64,000 bases of DNA, from contig CAMBMS010000014.1 of NCBI GenBank assembly GCA_945868845.1, positions 2,592 through 66,591 of the forward strand, written 5' to 3'. This DNA comes from Asaia bogorensis. Its GTDB lineage: Bacteria > Pseudomonadota > Alphaproteobacteria > Acetobacterales > Acetobacteraceae. Of the stretch, positions 31,163 to 40,846 are shown piece after piece. Positions within the stretch are counted from its first letter, which is position 1, and each line of letters starts with the position of its first letter. The translations under genes were made by a program, and so were the position numbers. A model generated the notes under the pieces. It was not told the DNA's origin. It saw nothing but the letters and a program-made list of their open reading frames with translations, and did no database searches.

Positions 31163-34100
31163 ATGGATATCGGTATCGCGCCCACCCTGGAAAGCCGTTT
31201 TACGGAGCATGATCGGCCGGTGCTGCTGTCTGGCATCCAGGCCTTGGTGCGGGTGCTGCTGGAGCAGCGGCATCTCGACCGGCTGGCGGGGCGAAGTACG
31301 GCAGGGCTGGTGACGGGCTATCGCGGCTCCCCCCTCGGCGGGCTAGACCGCGAGCTGTGGCATCGGCAGGCGATGCTGGATGCAAACGAGATAAAATTCC
31401 AGCCGGGGCTGAACGAGGATATGGCGGCGACTATGCTGTGGGGCAGCCAGCAATTGGACGCGTTCCCCGGTAAGAAGGTCGATGGCGTATTCGGCATGTG
31501 GTACGGCAAGGGCCATGGCGTTGATCGCACGGCCGATGTTTTTCGCAGCGCCAATATGCTTGGGACGGCCTCGCTGGGTGGCGTGCTGGCAGTGTCTGGT
31601 GACGATCACGCGGCGCAGTCTTCCACCCATCCGCATCAGACGGACCATATTTTCCAGGGTTGCATCATGCCGATTCTGTTCCCGGCGGATGTGCAGGATA
31701 TCCTGGATTTTGGGTTGGCGGGGATCGGTCTCTCCCGCTTCAGTGGCCTATGGGTGGCGATGAAGACGATCGCGGAGACCGCCGAACAGGCCTCCACTGT
31801 GATCGTGCCACATACGCGAGGTTTCGCGGACCCAGAGGGGTTTGAGATGCCGGGGTGTGGGCTGGGTTTCGATCCCAGCCTGCATTTCCCGCGCGACCGG
31901 GCGGAGCTGGAGCGGCGGGTGATCGAGGAGCGATTGCCGGCGGCTGTGGCTTGGGCGCGGGCGAACCGGATCGACCGGCTGGTTGCGGCGGGGGTGGATC
32001 CCACGGTGGGCATAGTAACGTCGGGCAAGGCGCATGCAGATGCGCTGCATGCGCTGGGCATGCTGGGCATGGCGGGCTCGCCGCAGGTGGCGGTTTACAA
32101 GGTGGGCATGGCCTGGCCGCTGGAGGCGGAGGGTATTCGCGATTTTGCGCGCGGCAAGCGGGTGTTGATCGTGATCGAGGAAAAGCGCGGCTTTGTGGAA
32201 ACGCAGGTGAAGGACGCGCTGTATCATCTGCGCGCCGATGAGCGGCCAGAGATCTTTGGGAAGACTTTTCCCAATGGAGAAAAACTTTTCCCCGCCGTGA
32301 TGGAGCTAGCGCCGGAGATCGTCGCCGGCGGGTTGTCGCGAGTGATGCGCTCCGCCGGATTAAACGTACAGGAGCCAGAAATTCTCGCGACCATGCAGCG
32401 GCCGGATGGGTTGTTGCGGCGCATTCCCGCTTTTTGCGCCGGCTGCCCGCACGGCACATCGACGCAATTACCGGATGGCAGTTTCGCCACCGCCGGCATT
32501 GGCTGCCACTTCATGGCGCAGGATGAGGGGCCGAATACGCGCACCTTCACCCAGATGGGTGGCGAGGGCGCGACCTGGGTCGGCATGGCGCCGTTCATGG
32601 ATATTCCGCACATGTTTGCCAATATGGGCGACGGGACGTATCAACATTCCGGGATTCTGCCCATTCGCCAGGCGATTGCGGCCGGCGCGACGATGACGTT
32701 CAAGATCCTGGTCAACGACGCGGTGGCGATGACGGGCGGGCAGCCGGCCGAGGGGCATCCGACAGCCATTTCCATAGCCGCGCAGGTGGCCGCTGAGGGG
32801 GCGGGCCGGATCGCGGTGGTGGCGGATGACGCGGATCGCTTGCCGGCGGCGAGCGAATTGCCGAAAGGCGCGACACGGCATGTGCGCGACGATCTGGATG
32901 CAGTGCAGCGGGAGCTTCGAGCCGTCCCCGGTGTGTCCGTGCTGATCTACGACCAGGTCTGCGCGACGGAAAAGCGGCGGCGGCGCAAGGCGAAGAAGCT
33001 TCCCGAGGCGACGCGGCATGTGATCATTAACGAGGCAGTGTGCGAGAATTGCGGCGATTGCACCGAGCAATCATCGTGCATCGCGATCGAGCCGGCGATG
33101 ACGGAGCTGGGGCGCAAGCGGCGGATTAATCCGACGAGCTGCAATGTCGATCTATCCTGTCTGAAAGGCTTTTGCCCGAGTTTTGTCACCATGGACGGCC
33201 CGCCGATGGCGCCGCCGGCGGATCATAGTTGGCGTGACCGGGAGCCGGACTTGGCAGCGGCGTTGCCGGAGCCGGTATTGCCGGCGGCGATGCCGTGGCG
33301 GGGATTGTTCGCGGGGATTGGCGGTGGCGGGATTGTGACGTCCGGCGAGATCGTCGCCATGGCGGCGCATATTGAGGGGCGCGAGATCAAGACGCTGCAT
33401 TTTACCGGGTTGGCACAGAAGAATGGCGCGGTAGTTTCCCACATCCAGATCGGTGCGGGTGACCAGCTGGATGTGGTGCGCATTCCCATGGGCACGGCCA
33501 ATGTGATGCTGGCCGCCGATATGGGGGTGGCTGCTGGTGTGGGCGTGCTCGAACGTTGCCGGATGGGCACGTCGGTGATTGGTAATCTGGACCTCACATC
33601 GGGGGCGCAGTTCAAGCACGATCCGCTGTTGGTAATCGATGCGGGGTTGCACCGGCGCACTATCGAACGGGTGACGGGGGCGGAGGGTTCTATTTATTTG
33701 CGTGCGAATACGTTGGCGGAGAAATTGTTCGGTAATACGCAGGCGATGAACACATTGCTGCTGGGCGTGGCCTGGCAGCGCGGGTTGGTGCCAGTGGGGG
33801 AGGCGGCGTTGCGGCGCGCGATTGAGTTGAACGGCGCTGCGGTAATGATGAATCTGCGGGCCTTTTTGTGGGGTCGGATTTTGGCGGTGCAGCCGGAACT
33901 GGCGGAGGGTATTCTGCACGGTAGCGCCGATATCCATCCGCCATCCGATCTGGATGCAGTGCTCGCGCAGCGGGCGGCGGCGTTAGTAGCGTATCAGAAT
34001 GAGGCGTACGCGGCGGTGTATCGGTTGCGTGTGCAAGCCGTGGCCCTACGGGAAGCAGAAATGTTCGGTAAGTCGGGACCGTTGGCGCTGGCGGCGGCGG

Positions 34101-34582
34101 AGGCATGGTTCCGGGTGATGGGTTATAAGGACGAGTACGAAGTGGCGCGGCTGATGACCGAGGCGGCGTATGACGCGGCGGCGAAGCCAGCGTTCCATAT
34201 GGCGCCACCGCTAATCACCAAGATCGATAGGCTGACGGGGCGACGAAAAAAGATCGCAGTGCCAGGGTGGCTGGCCTTGCCGTTGTTCCGGGTGTTGCGT
34301 CATGGCAAGCGGCTGCGCGGCTCGGCGCTGGATTTATTTGGACGGCAGGAGGATCGGCGGGCGGAACGGGCGATGATTCTCGCTTATGACGACGATATGC
34401 GAGTCGTGTTGAAGAAATTATCTCCGGCTTCATTGGGCGCGGCGTTGACGGTGGCGCGTTGGCCGGATGCGGTGCGTGGGTTTGGCTCCGTTAAGTTGGC
34501 CGGCTGGCATGCGGTGCAGGCGCGGCGACCTGCGCTGTTGGCGGCGCTAGATCGCGCGCCGCTGGCTACGGCGGCGGAATAA
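31163..34582 (+). CDS. indolepyruvate ferredoxin oxidoreductase family protein (fused IorA/IorB type)
   Basis: About 1139 aa with an N-terminal TPP/PFOR-like region (LLSGIQALVRVLLEQRHLD), a 4Fe-4S cluster segment (CENCGDCTEQSSC ... CNVDLSCLKGFCPSF) and an IorB-like C-terminus. Start placed at ATG 31163. Confidence 0.9.
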   Translation: MDIGIAPTLESRFTEHDRPVLLSGIQALVRVLLEQRHLDRLAGRSTAGLVTGYRGSPLGGLDRELWHRQAMLDANEIKFQPGLNEDMAATMLWGSQQLDAFPGKKVDGVFGMWYGKGHGVDRTADVFRSANMLGTASLGGVLAVSGDDHAAQSSTHPHQTDHIFQGCIMPILFPADVQDILDFGLAGIGLSRFSGLWVAMKTIAETAEQASTVIVPHTRGFADPEGFEMPGCGLGFDPSLHFPRDRAELERRVIEERLPAAVAWARANRIDRLVAAGVDPTVGIVTSGKAHADALHALGMLGMAGSPQVAVYKVGMAWPLEAEGIRDFARGKRVLIVIEEKRGFVETQVKDALYHLRADERPEIFGKTFPNGEKLFPAVMELAPEIVAGGLSRVMRSAGLNVQEPEILATMQRPDGLLRRIPAFCAGCPHGTSTQLPDGSFATAGIGCHFMAQDEGPNTRTFTQMGGEGATWVGMAPFMDIPHMFANMGDGTYQHSGILPIRQAIAAGATMTFKILVNDAVAMTGGQPAEGHPTAISIAAQVAAEGAGRIAVVADDADRLPAASELPKGATRHVRDDLDAVQRELRAVPGVSVLIYDQVCATEKRRRRKAKKLPEATRHVIINEAVCENCGDCTEQSSCIAIEPAMTELGRKRRINPTSCNVDLSCLKGFCPSFVTMDGPPMAPPADHSWRDREPDLAAALPEPVLPAAMPWRGLFAGIGGGGIVTSGEIVAMAAHIEGREIKTLHFTGLAQKNGAVVSHIQIGAGDQLDVVRIPMGTANVMLAADMGVAAGVGVLERCRMGTSVIGNLDLTSGAQFKHDPLLVIDAGLHRRTIERVTGAEGSIYLRANTLAEKLFGNTQAMNTLLLGVAWQRGLVPVGEAALRRAIELNGAAVMMNLRAFLWGRILAVQPELAEGILHGSADIHPPSDLDAVLAQRAAALVAYQNEAYAAVYRLRVQAVALREAEMFGKSGPLALAAAEAWFRVMGYKDEYEVARLMTEAAYDAAAKPAFHMAPPLITKIDRLTGRRKKIAVPGWLALPLFRVLRHGKRLRGSALDLFGRQEDRRAERAMILAYDDDMRVVLKKLSPASLGAALTVARWPDAVRGFGSVKLAGWHAVQARRPALLAALDRAPLATAAE

Positions 34583-34593
34583 GGGGGGTACCA

Positions 34594-35730
34594 ATGCCAG
34601 ATGGGATAAATATTGGCGGCGATGCGCTGGTCATCGAAATGGCGCGAAAATTCGCCACCGAGCGCTTAATCCCGGGTGCGGCCGCGCGGGAGAAAGCGGG
34701 GAAGATCGAACCGGAGATTATTGCGGAACTTGGTGCGCTGGGAATTTTAGGGGCGACGACGCCGGCGGATTGGGAAGGGTCTGAGCTGGATTCTGTCACC
34801 TATGCGTTGCTGCTGGAGGAGATCGCGGCGGGGGATTGTTCCGTTTCGACATTGGTATCGGTGCATAATTCGCCGACCTGCGCGGTCCTAGATCGTTTTG
34901 GGACGGATGCGCAAAAGGAAAAATGGTTGCGGCCTTTGGCGCGCGGCGAGCATGTCGGGTCTTTTGCGTTGACGGAGCCGCAGGCGGGGTCGGATGCGTC
35001 TAATCTGCGGACCCGCGCGGTGAAGAAGGGTGACCGTTACGTGGTGAACGGGGCCAAGCAATTTATTACGTCGGGGTCGGTGCCGGGGAGCACCGTCTTG
35101 TTCGCGGTGACCGATCCGGGCGCCGGCAAGCGCGGGCTGTCGGCGTTTATCGTGGCCAAGGATGCGCCGGGCTATGTAGTGACGCGGGTGGAGGAAAAGC
35201 TTGGGCAGAAGGCGTCCGAGACCTGTGCGTTGTCGTTTGAGGATTTGGAAATTTCCGCCGCCCAGCGAATTGGCGCCGAGGGAGAAGGCTATCGGATCGC
35301 GCTCTCGACGTTGGAATCGGGACGGATCGGGATTGCGGCGCAGAGCGTGGGCTGCGCGCGCGCGGCGATGGAGTATGCCGTGGCCTATGCGAAGACACGC
35401 CAAGCCTTTGGGCAGGCGATCATCGATTTCCAGGCAGTGGGGTTCCGATTGGTGGAGGCGCGCACGAAGCTCGAGGCGGCTCGGCAATTGGTGTTGTACG
35501 CGGCGCGCCAGAAGGCGGCCGGCGAGAACGCGCTGGAGGCCGCGTGCATGGCGAAGCTGTTTGCCTCCGAAGTAGCCGAAAGCGTGTGCAGCGCTGCGAT
35601 CCAGACCCTGGGCGGCTATGGTTATCTGGCGGATTTTCCGGTGGAGCGGATCTGGCGCGATGTGCGGCTGTGCCAGATTTACGAAGGCACATCGGATATT
35701 CAGAAACTGATTTTGCAGCGCATGCTGTAG
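34594..35730 (+). CDS. acyl-CoA dehydrogenase (short/medium-chain type)
   Basis: 378 aa with FALTEPQAGSDA and a C-terminal QIYEGTSDIQ containing the canonical catalytic-Glu motif. Confidence 0.9.
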   Translation: MPDGINIGGDALVIEMARKFATERLIPGAAAREKAGKIEPEIIAELGALGILGATTPADWEGSELDSVTYALLLEEIAAGDCSVSTLVSVHNSPTCAVLDRFGTDAQKEKWLRPLARGEHVGSFALTEPQAGSDASNLRTRAVKKGDRYVVNGAKQFITSGSVPGSTVLFAVTDPGAGKRGLSAFIVAKDAPGYVVTRVEEKLGQKASETCALSFEDLEISAAQRIGAEGEGYRIALSTLESGRIGIAAQSVGCARAAMEYAVAYAKTRQAFGQAIIDFQAVGFRLVEARTKLEAARQLVLYAARQKAAGENALEAACMAKLFASEVAESVCSAAIQTLGGYGYLADFPVERIWRDVRLCQIYEGTSDIQKLILQRML

Positions 35731-35746
35731 GTGACAGGGGAGCAGA

Positions 35747-36292
35747 ATGGAAACGGCGATTTTGGGTGGCGGGTGCTTTTGGTGCCTGGAAGCCGTGTTC
35801 AAGGATTTGCACGGGGTGCAATCGGTGATGTCGGGCTATGCTGCCGGGCATGTGAAGAACCCGACCTATCAACTCGTCTGTTCCGCCACGACCGGGCATG
35901 CTGAAGTGGTTCGGGTGGTGTTCGATCCGGCCCAGCTGGATTACGCGGATTTGCTGCGCGTGTTCTTTACCATTCATGACCCTACAACGAAGGACCGGCA
36001 GGGTAATGACGTGGGGCCGCAATACCGATCGATCATCCTGACGACGTCGGATGCGCAGGTAGGGACGGCGAAGGTCGTGATGGCGGAAGTGGATACCTCC
36101 GGTATCTGGGGGGCCGGGATGGTGACGCAGCTCGAGCCGGCACCGGAGTTCTACGAGGCGGAACCGGAGCACCATGATTACTTTGCGCGCAATCCGTTTA
36201 CCGGCTATTGCCGGGTGGTGGTGGCGCCCAAAGTGGTGAAATTCAGAAAAATTTTCGCGGATCGGTTGAAGGCATCGTCGGCGGCAGAATAA
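35747..36292 (+). CDS. msrA: peptide-methionine (S)-S-oxide reductase
   Basis: METAILGGGCFWCLEAVF (GCFWC active site) and HDPTTKDRQGNDVGPQYRS. Confidence 0.95.
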   Translation: METAILGGGCFWCLEAVFKDLHGVQSVMSGYAAGHVKNPTYQLVCSATTGHAEVVRVVFDPAQLDYADLLRVFFTIHDPTTKDRQGNDVGPQYRSIILTTSDAQVGTAKVVMAEVDTSGIWGAGMVTQLEPAPEFYEAEPEHHDYFARNPFTGYCRVVVAPKVVKFRKIFADRLKASSAAE

Positions 36293-36312
36293 GCGCGCCT
36301 AGGGGAAACAAA

Positions 36313-37512
36313 ATGGATTTGAGATTTACCGCGGACGAAATTGCGTTTCGGGATGAGTTGCGGACGTTCTTTCGCTCGGCAGTGCCGGAGACGTCGCGGA
36401 GGAAAGTGGAGCAGGGGCATCCGCTGAGTCGCGATGATCTGATCGAATCGCAACGGATATTGAATGCGCGCGGATTAGCGGTGCCGCATTGGCCGGCGGC
36501 ATGGGGTGGCCGTGATTGGTCGCCCGTACAAATTTATCTGTATCAGGATGAGATGCAGCTTGCCTGCGTGCCGCCACCAGTGGCGTTCAATACGTCGATG
36601 GTGGGCCCGGTAATCGCGCAGTTTGGCAATGAGGAACAGAAACGTCGCTTCCTGCCGGCGACGGCGAATTGCGATATTTTCTGGTGCCAGGGATTCTCCG
36701 AGCCGGGCGCGGGTTCTGATCTGGCCGGATTGCGCACGCGCGCGGTGCGCGATGGTGCGAACTATCTGGTGAACGGCCAGAAAATCTGGACGACCTTGGC
36801 GCAATATGCCGATTGGATTTTTTGTCTCGTGCGCACCGATTCTGATGCCAAGAAACAGGAGGGAATTTCATTCCTGTTGATTGATATGAAGACACCGGGG
36901 ATCACAAGCCGGCCGATCCAGACGATGGAGGGCGGGCATGAGGTGAACGAGGTGTTTTTTGATAATGTGGTGGTGCCAGCGGAAAATCTGATCGGGCAGG
37001 AGAATAAGGGTTGGGATTACGCAAAATTCCTGCTGGGCAATGAGCGGACAGGGATCGCCCGCGTTGGCACATCGAAAGCACAGGTGCGGCGAATCAAGGA
37101 ATTGGCAGCCCTGGAGGTTTATGGCGAGAGGCGGTTGATCGACGATCCGGATTTCCGGCGCAAACTGGCGGCGGTGGAAGTGGAACTAAAATCGTTAGAA
37201 ATGACGCAGTTGCGGGTGGTGGCAAACGACCGCAAGCGTGGCGATAAGGGAAAGCCCGATCCGGCATCCTCGATCTTGAAGTTAAAAGGGTCGGAAATCC
37301 AGCAAAGTCTAACGGAACTGGTAATGGAAGTGGTGGGGCCGTTTGTGATGCCATACCAACCGGCGGGGATGGGGCAGAACGAGCCCGTCGTCGGGCCGGA
37401 TTATGCGACGCAAGCAGGACCGCGTTATTTTAACTATCGGAAGGTTTCGATCTATGGCGGATCGAACGAAATCCAACGCAATATCGTCGCTAAAGCCGTG
37501 TTGGGATTCTGA
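36313..37512 (+). CDS. acyl-CoA dehydrogenase, PimC-like large subunit type
   Basis: 399 aa; CQGFSEPGAGSDLAGLRTRA..., C-terminal SIYGGSNEIQRNI (no YEG Glu). ATG verified at 36313. It is 3 nt upstream of a second ACAD, the arrangement of pimeloyl-CoA dehydrogenase large and small subunits. Confidence 0.8.
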   Translation: MDLRFTADEIAFRDELRTFFRSAVPETSRRKVEQGHPLSRDDLIESQRILNARGLAVPHWPAAWGGRDWSPVQIYLYQDEMQLACVPPPVAFNTSMVGPVIAQFGNEEQKRRFLPATANCDIFWCQGFSEPGAGSDLAGLRTRAVRDGANYLVNGQKIWTTLAQYADWIFCLVRTDSDAKKQEGISFLLIDMKTPGITSRPIQTMEGGHEVNEVFFDNVVVPAENLIGQENKGWDYAKFLLGNERTGIARVGTSKAQVRRIKELAALEVYGERRLIDDPDFRRKLAAVEVELKSLEMTQLRVVANDRKRGDKGKPDPASSILKLKGSEIQQSLTELVMEVVGPFVMPYQPAGMGQNEPVVGPDYATQAGPRYFNYRKVSIYGGSNEIQRNIVAKAVLGF

Positions 37513-37515
37513 GCG

Positions 37516-38643
37516 ATGGATTTCGAATTATCCGATGAGCAACGGTTGCTGAAAGACAGCGTAGAACGGCTGATCGCCGATCGTTATGGCTTTGAAAGCC
37601 GGAAAGCGTATCTGGCCGGCGCAGCGGGTTGGAGCGGCGACGTGTGGGCGCAATATGCCGATCTGGGACTGCTGGGGCTACCCTTCGCAGAGGAATATGG
37701 CGGGTTTGGTGGCGGGCCACTGGAGACGATGATCGTCATGGAGGCGTTTGGGCGCGGGTTGGTGCTGGAACCGTATTTTGCCACCGTAATTCTCGGCGGC
37801 GGCGTGTTACGCCATGCGGGAAGCGCGACGCAGCTTGCTGCCTTGTTGCCGCTGGTAGGGGCCGGAAAGTTAAAGCTCGCGCTAGCGCATGTGGAGCGGC
37901 ATTCGCGTTATGATCTGTCTCATGTCACCACCACGGCGCGACGGGTGGGCGGTGACTGGATGATCGACGGCGCGAAGAGCGTGGTGCTGCATGGGGATTG
38001 TGCCGATAAAATTCTAGTCAGTGCGCGCACGAGCGGCGGGGTGCGTGAGCGCGGCGGGATCGGGATTTTTCTGGTCGATGCGGCGGATGTGACACGGCAG
38101 AGCTATCCGACGCAGGATGGGTTGCGGGCGGCGGAGATTTCATTCGTAAACGCGCGCGCCGAGGCGGTGGGTGATCCCGCGAACGGGCTGGTGGTTCTGG
38201 AGCGGGTGACGGATGAGGCGGTGGCGGCGCTGGCGGCGGAATCCGTGGGGATCATGACGGAAATGCATGAGCTGACGGTAGAATATTTAAAAACGCGGCA
38301 ACAATTTGGTCGGCCGATCGGACAGTTCCAGGTGTTACAGCATCGCTCCGTAGATATGTTCGTGGCGTTGGAGCAGGCGCGGTCGATTACCTTGTATGCG
38401 ACGATGATGGCGGGTGACGACAATGCGATCGAGCGCGCGCGGGCGATGGCGGCGACGAAGGTGCAGGTGGGGAAGTCTGGGCGGCATATCGGCCAGGAAT
38501 GCGTCCAGCTGCATGGTGGGATTGGCATGACGGCGGAATACAAGGCTGGGCATTACTTCAAGCGGATGACTATGATCGATAAGATGTATGGCGATGCGGA
38601 TTTTCATTTGGCTGCGCTGGCGCGGATGGGTGGGATTTTCTAG
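37516..38643 (+). CDS. acyl-CoA dehydrogenase, PimD-like small subunit type
   Basis: 375 aa with an ACAD fold (QLHGGIGMTAEYKAGHYFKR) but a C-terminal MYGDADFH in place of YEGT. Confidence 0.75.
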   Translation: MDFELSDEQRLLKDSVERLIADRYGFESRKAYLAGAAGWSGDVWAQYADLGLLGLPFAEEYGGFGGGPLETMIVMEAFGRGLVLEPYFATVILGGGVLRHAGSATQLAALLPLVGAGKLKLALAHVERHSRYDLSHVTTTARRVGGDWMIDGAKSVVLHGDCADKILVSARTSGGVRERGGIGIFLVDAADVTRQSYPTQDGLRAAEISFVNARAEAVGDPANGLVVLERVTDEAVAALAAESVGIMTEMHELTVEYLKTRQQFGRPIGQFQVLQHRSVDMFVALEQARSITLYATMMAGDDNAIERARAMAATKVQVGKSGRHIGQECVQLHGGIGMTAEYKAGHYFKRMTMIDKMYGDADFHLAALARMGGIF

Positions 38644-38685
38644 CGGGTGGGGGTGTGGGCCGGGGCCGAACCGTTTGAACCGCCA

Positions 38686-39468
38686 TTAACGCCCTGTCCA
38701 GACTGGGTCGCGTTTGTCCAAAAAGGCGTCGATCCCTTCGGCTGCGTCTTCGCTCCGCATGTTGCGCGCCATGACCTCGGAGGCGAAGCGATAGGCGTCC
38801 GCCAGCGGCATTCCCGCTTGGCGGTAGAAGGCTTCCTTGCCGATGGCGAGAGCCACCGGGCTTTTCGATGCGATTTGTGCGGCCAGCGCCGCTACCGCGT
38901 TTTTCAGGTTCGCGTCCGGCACTACGCGATTCACCAGGCCCATCGCCTGCGCTTGGTCGGCGCGGACCAGATCGCCGGTGAGCAGGAACTCCATCGCGGC
39001 CTTCTGCCCCACCGCGCGCGATAGCGCGACCATCGGCGTGGAGCAAAACAGCCCGATATTCACCCCTGGCGTGGCGAAGCTTGCGCTCTCTCCGGCGATC
39101 GCTAGATCGCAGGTCGCCACCAATTGGCAGCCCGCAGCGCTTGCCACCCCTTGAACCATCGCGATCACCGGCTGCCTAAGGTGAGCGATGCGCAGCATCA
39201 GGTCCGAGCACTGCGCGAACAAGCGCGGCAAATCTACATCCGAGCGCAATTCCCGCATATCGTGTCCGGCACTAAACGTAGCCCCGGCGCCGCCGATGAC
39301 CACCACCCGCACTGTCTGATCTACGCCGATCGCCAGAAATTCCGCATCCAGCGCCGCCATCAGCGAAACCGACAGCGCATTGCGCGCGCGCGGGCGATTC
39401 AGTGTCAGCCATGCCACTCCACTCGAATCCCGACGCAGCAACTCCGGCTCCTTGATACCTGCCACCAT
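38686..39468 (-). CDS. enoyl-CoA hydratase/isomerase family protein
   Basis: LTLNRPRARNALS, GGAGATFSAGHDMRE. Start placed at ATG 39468 behind GGGAGG; the track start 39492 is a GTG. Confidence 0.85.
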   Translation of the reverse strand: MVAGIKEPELLRRDSSGVAWLTLNRPRARNALSVSLMAALDAEFLAIGVDQTVRVVVIGGAGATFSAGHDMRELRSDVDLPRLFAQCSDLMLRIAHLRQPVIAMVQGVASAAGCQLVATCDLAIAGESASFATPGVNIGLFCSTPMVALSRAVGQKAAMEFLLTGDLVRADQAQAMGLVNRVVPDANLKNAVAALAAQIASKSPVALAIGKEAFYRQAGMPLADAYRFASEVMARNMRSEDAAEGIDAFLDKRDPVWTGR

Positions 39469-39552
39469 GTCTCCCTCCCAATCCCTATCCACCGGATAGG
39501 GTATCTTATACCAAATCTCGGAGCGAGTGACCTATCGCAAGTAAGGACGGGC

Positions 39553-39635
39553 CTTGAGCTTGGAGGGAGATCGAGGGGAGCGCCGCTCCCCGGTTGGGGT
39601 ATGGGGTTAAGCCCCCCAATCTTACTCTCGGCACG
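39553..39635 (+). repeat. copy A of an approximately 82-bp dispersed intergenic repeat
   Basis: CTTGAGCTTGGAGGGAGATCGAGGGGAGCGCCGCTCCCCGGTTGGGGTATGGGGTTAAGCCCCCCAATCTTACTCTCGGCACG aligns with 42450-42531 at roughly 78-80% identity with 1 indel. It contains the internal palindrome GGGGAGCG-C-CGCTCCCC. Confidence 0.75.
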
Positions 39636-39745
39636 TTACTCCCAACGAGACCTAGTATAAAATGCCGCGTCGGAGGGGCGCATTTGCCGCCTGGGCGAGG
39701 AGTCGCTAGCCTTCTGCCCGTGCGAACCGTCGGAGGAGATAAGTC

Positions 39746-40834
39746 ATGAAAGCCGCCATCCTGCATGAGCCCCATCTGCCGCTGACCATTGAGGAGGTGC
39801 AGGTTGCCAAGCCGAGGCGGCGTGAGGTGTTGGTGCGGACTTCCTATGCCGGGTTGTGCCATTCGGACCTGCATTTCATGGAAGGCCTGTATCCGCATCC
39901 GATGCCGGTCATCCTTGGCCATGAGTCGGCAGGGATCGTTGAGCAGGTAGGTGAGGATGTGACCTATGTGAAGCCGGGCGATCATGTTGTTACCTGTTTG
40001 TCAGTGTTTTGCGGCACATGTTCGCAATGCGTCACCGGGCATCCGAATATCTGTGAAAATACGGAGGTGAAACTGCTGCCTGGTCAGGCACGGCGGCTGT
40101 CGTGGAAAGGCCAGCCAGTCCACCAGTTCGCCAATCTGTCGTCGTTTGCCGAGCAGATGCTGGTGCATGAAAACGCGGTGGTAAAGATCAAGGACGATCT
40201 GCCACTCGATCGCGCCGCTATCGTCGGCTGTGGAGTGATGACGGGGGTGGGCGCGGTGTTCAACGCGGCAAAGGTGGAGCCAGGTTCGACCGTCGCCATT
40301 ATCGGCTGTGGCGGGGTGGGACTTTCAGCCGTTAACGGCGCGGCGCTGGCCGGCGCGGAGCGCGTGATCGCCATCGACACTGTGGCGGAAAAACTGGAAA
40401 TCGCGCGTGCCGTCGGGGCTACCGATACGATTAATGCCTCCAACGTCGATGTCGTGGCGGCGATCAAGGAGATGACCGGCGGTGGCGTGCATTATTCGTT
40501 TGAAGCGCTTGGCCTAAAGAGCACGGCCGAGCAGTCCTTTCAGATGCTACGTCCCGGCGGTACGGCCACCATTATCGGCATGGTGCCGTTCGGCGTGAAG
40601 ATCGAACTGCATGGCGCCGATTTCCTGCGCGACCGGAAGATCCAGGGCACGTCGATGGGCGGTAACCGCTTCCGCGTTGATATGCCACGCCTTTTGGAAT
40701 TGTGGCGCCAGGGAAGGCTGAAGCTAGATCATTTGATTACCGGCACTATCAAATTCTGCGACATCAACGATGGGTTTGCTCGTTTGAAGACCGGCGCGCC
40801 GGTGCGTCAGCTCATCGATTTTGCCAATTCCTAA
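39746..40834 (+). CDS. zinc-dependent alcohol dehydrogenase (class III-like MDR)
   Basis: 362 aa with GLCHSDLHF, GHESAGIVEQVG, the structural Zn Cys cluster CGTCSQCVTGHPNIC, and the GCGGVGLSAV NAD fold. Confidence 0.9.
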   Translation: MKAAILHEPHLPLTIEEVQVAKPRRREVLVRTSYAGLCHSDLHFMEGLYPHPMPVILGHESAGIVEQVGEDVTYVKPGDHVVTCLSVFCGTCSQCVTGHPNICENTEVKLLPGQARRLSWKGQPVHQFANLSSFAEQMLVHENAVVKIKDDLPLDRAAIVGCGVMTGVGAVFNAAKVEPGSTVAIIGCGGVGLSAVNGAALAGAERVIAIDTVAEKLEIARAVGATDTINASNVDVVAAIKEMTGGGVHYSFEALGLKSTAEQSFQMLRPGGTATIIGMVPFGVKIELHGADFLRDRKIQGTSMGGNRFRVDMPRLLELWRQGRLKLDHLITGTIKFCDINDGFARLKTGAPVRQLIDFANS

Positions 40835-40846
40835 GGATCAATCATC

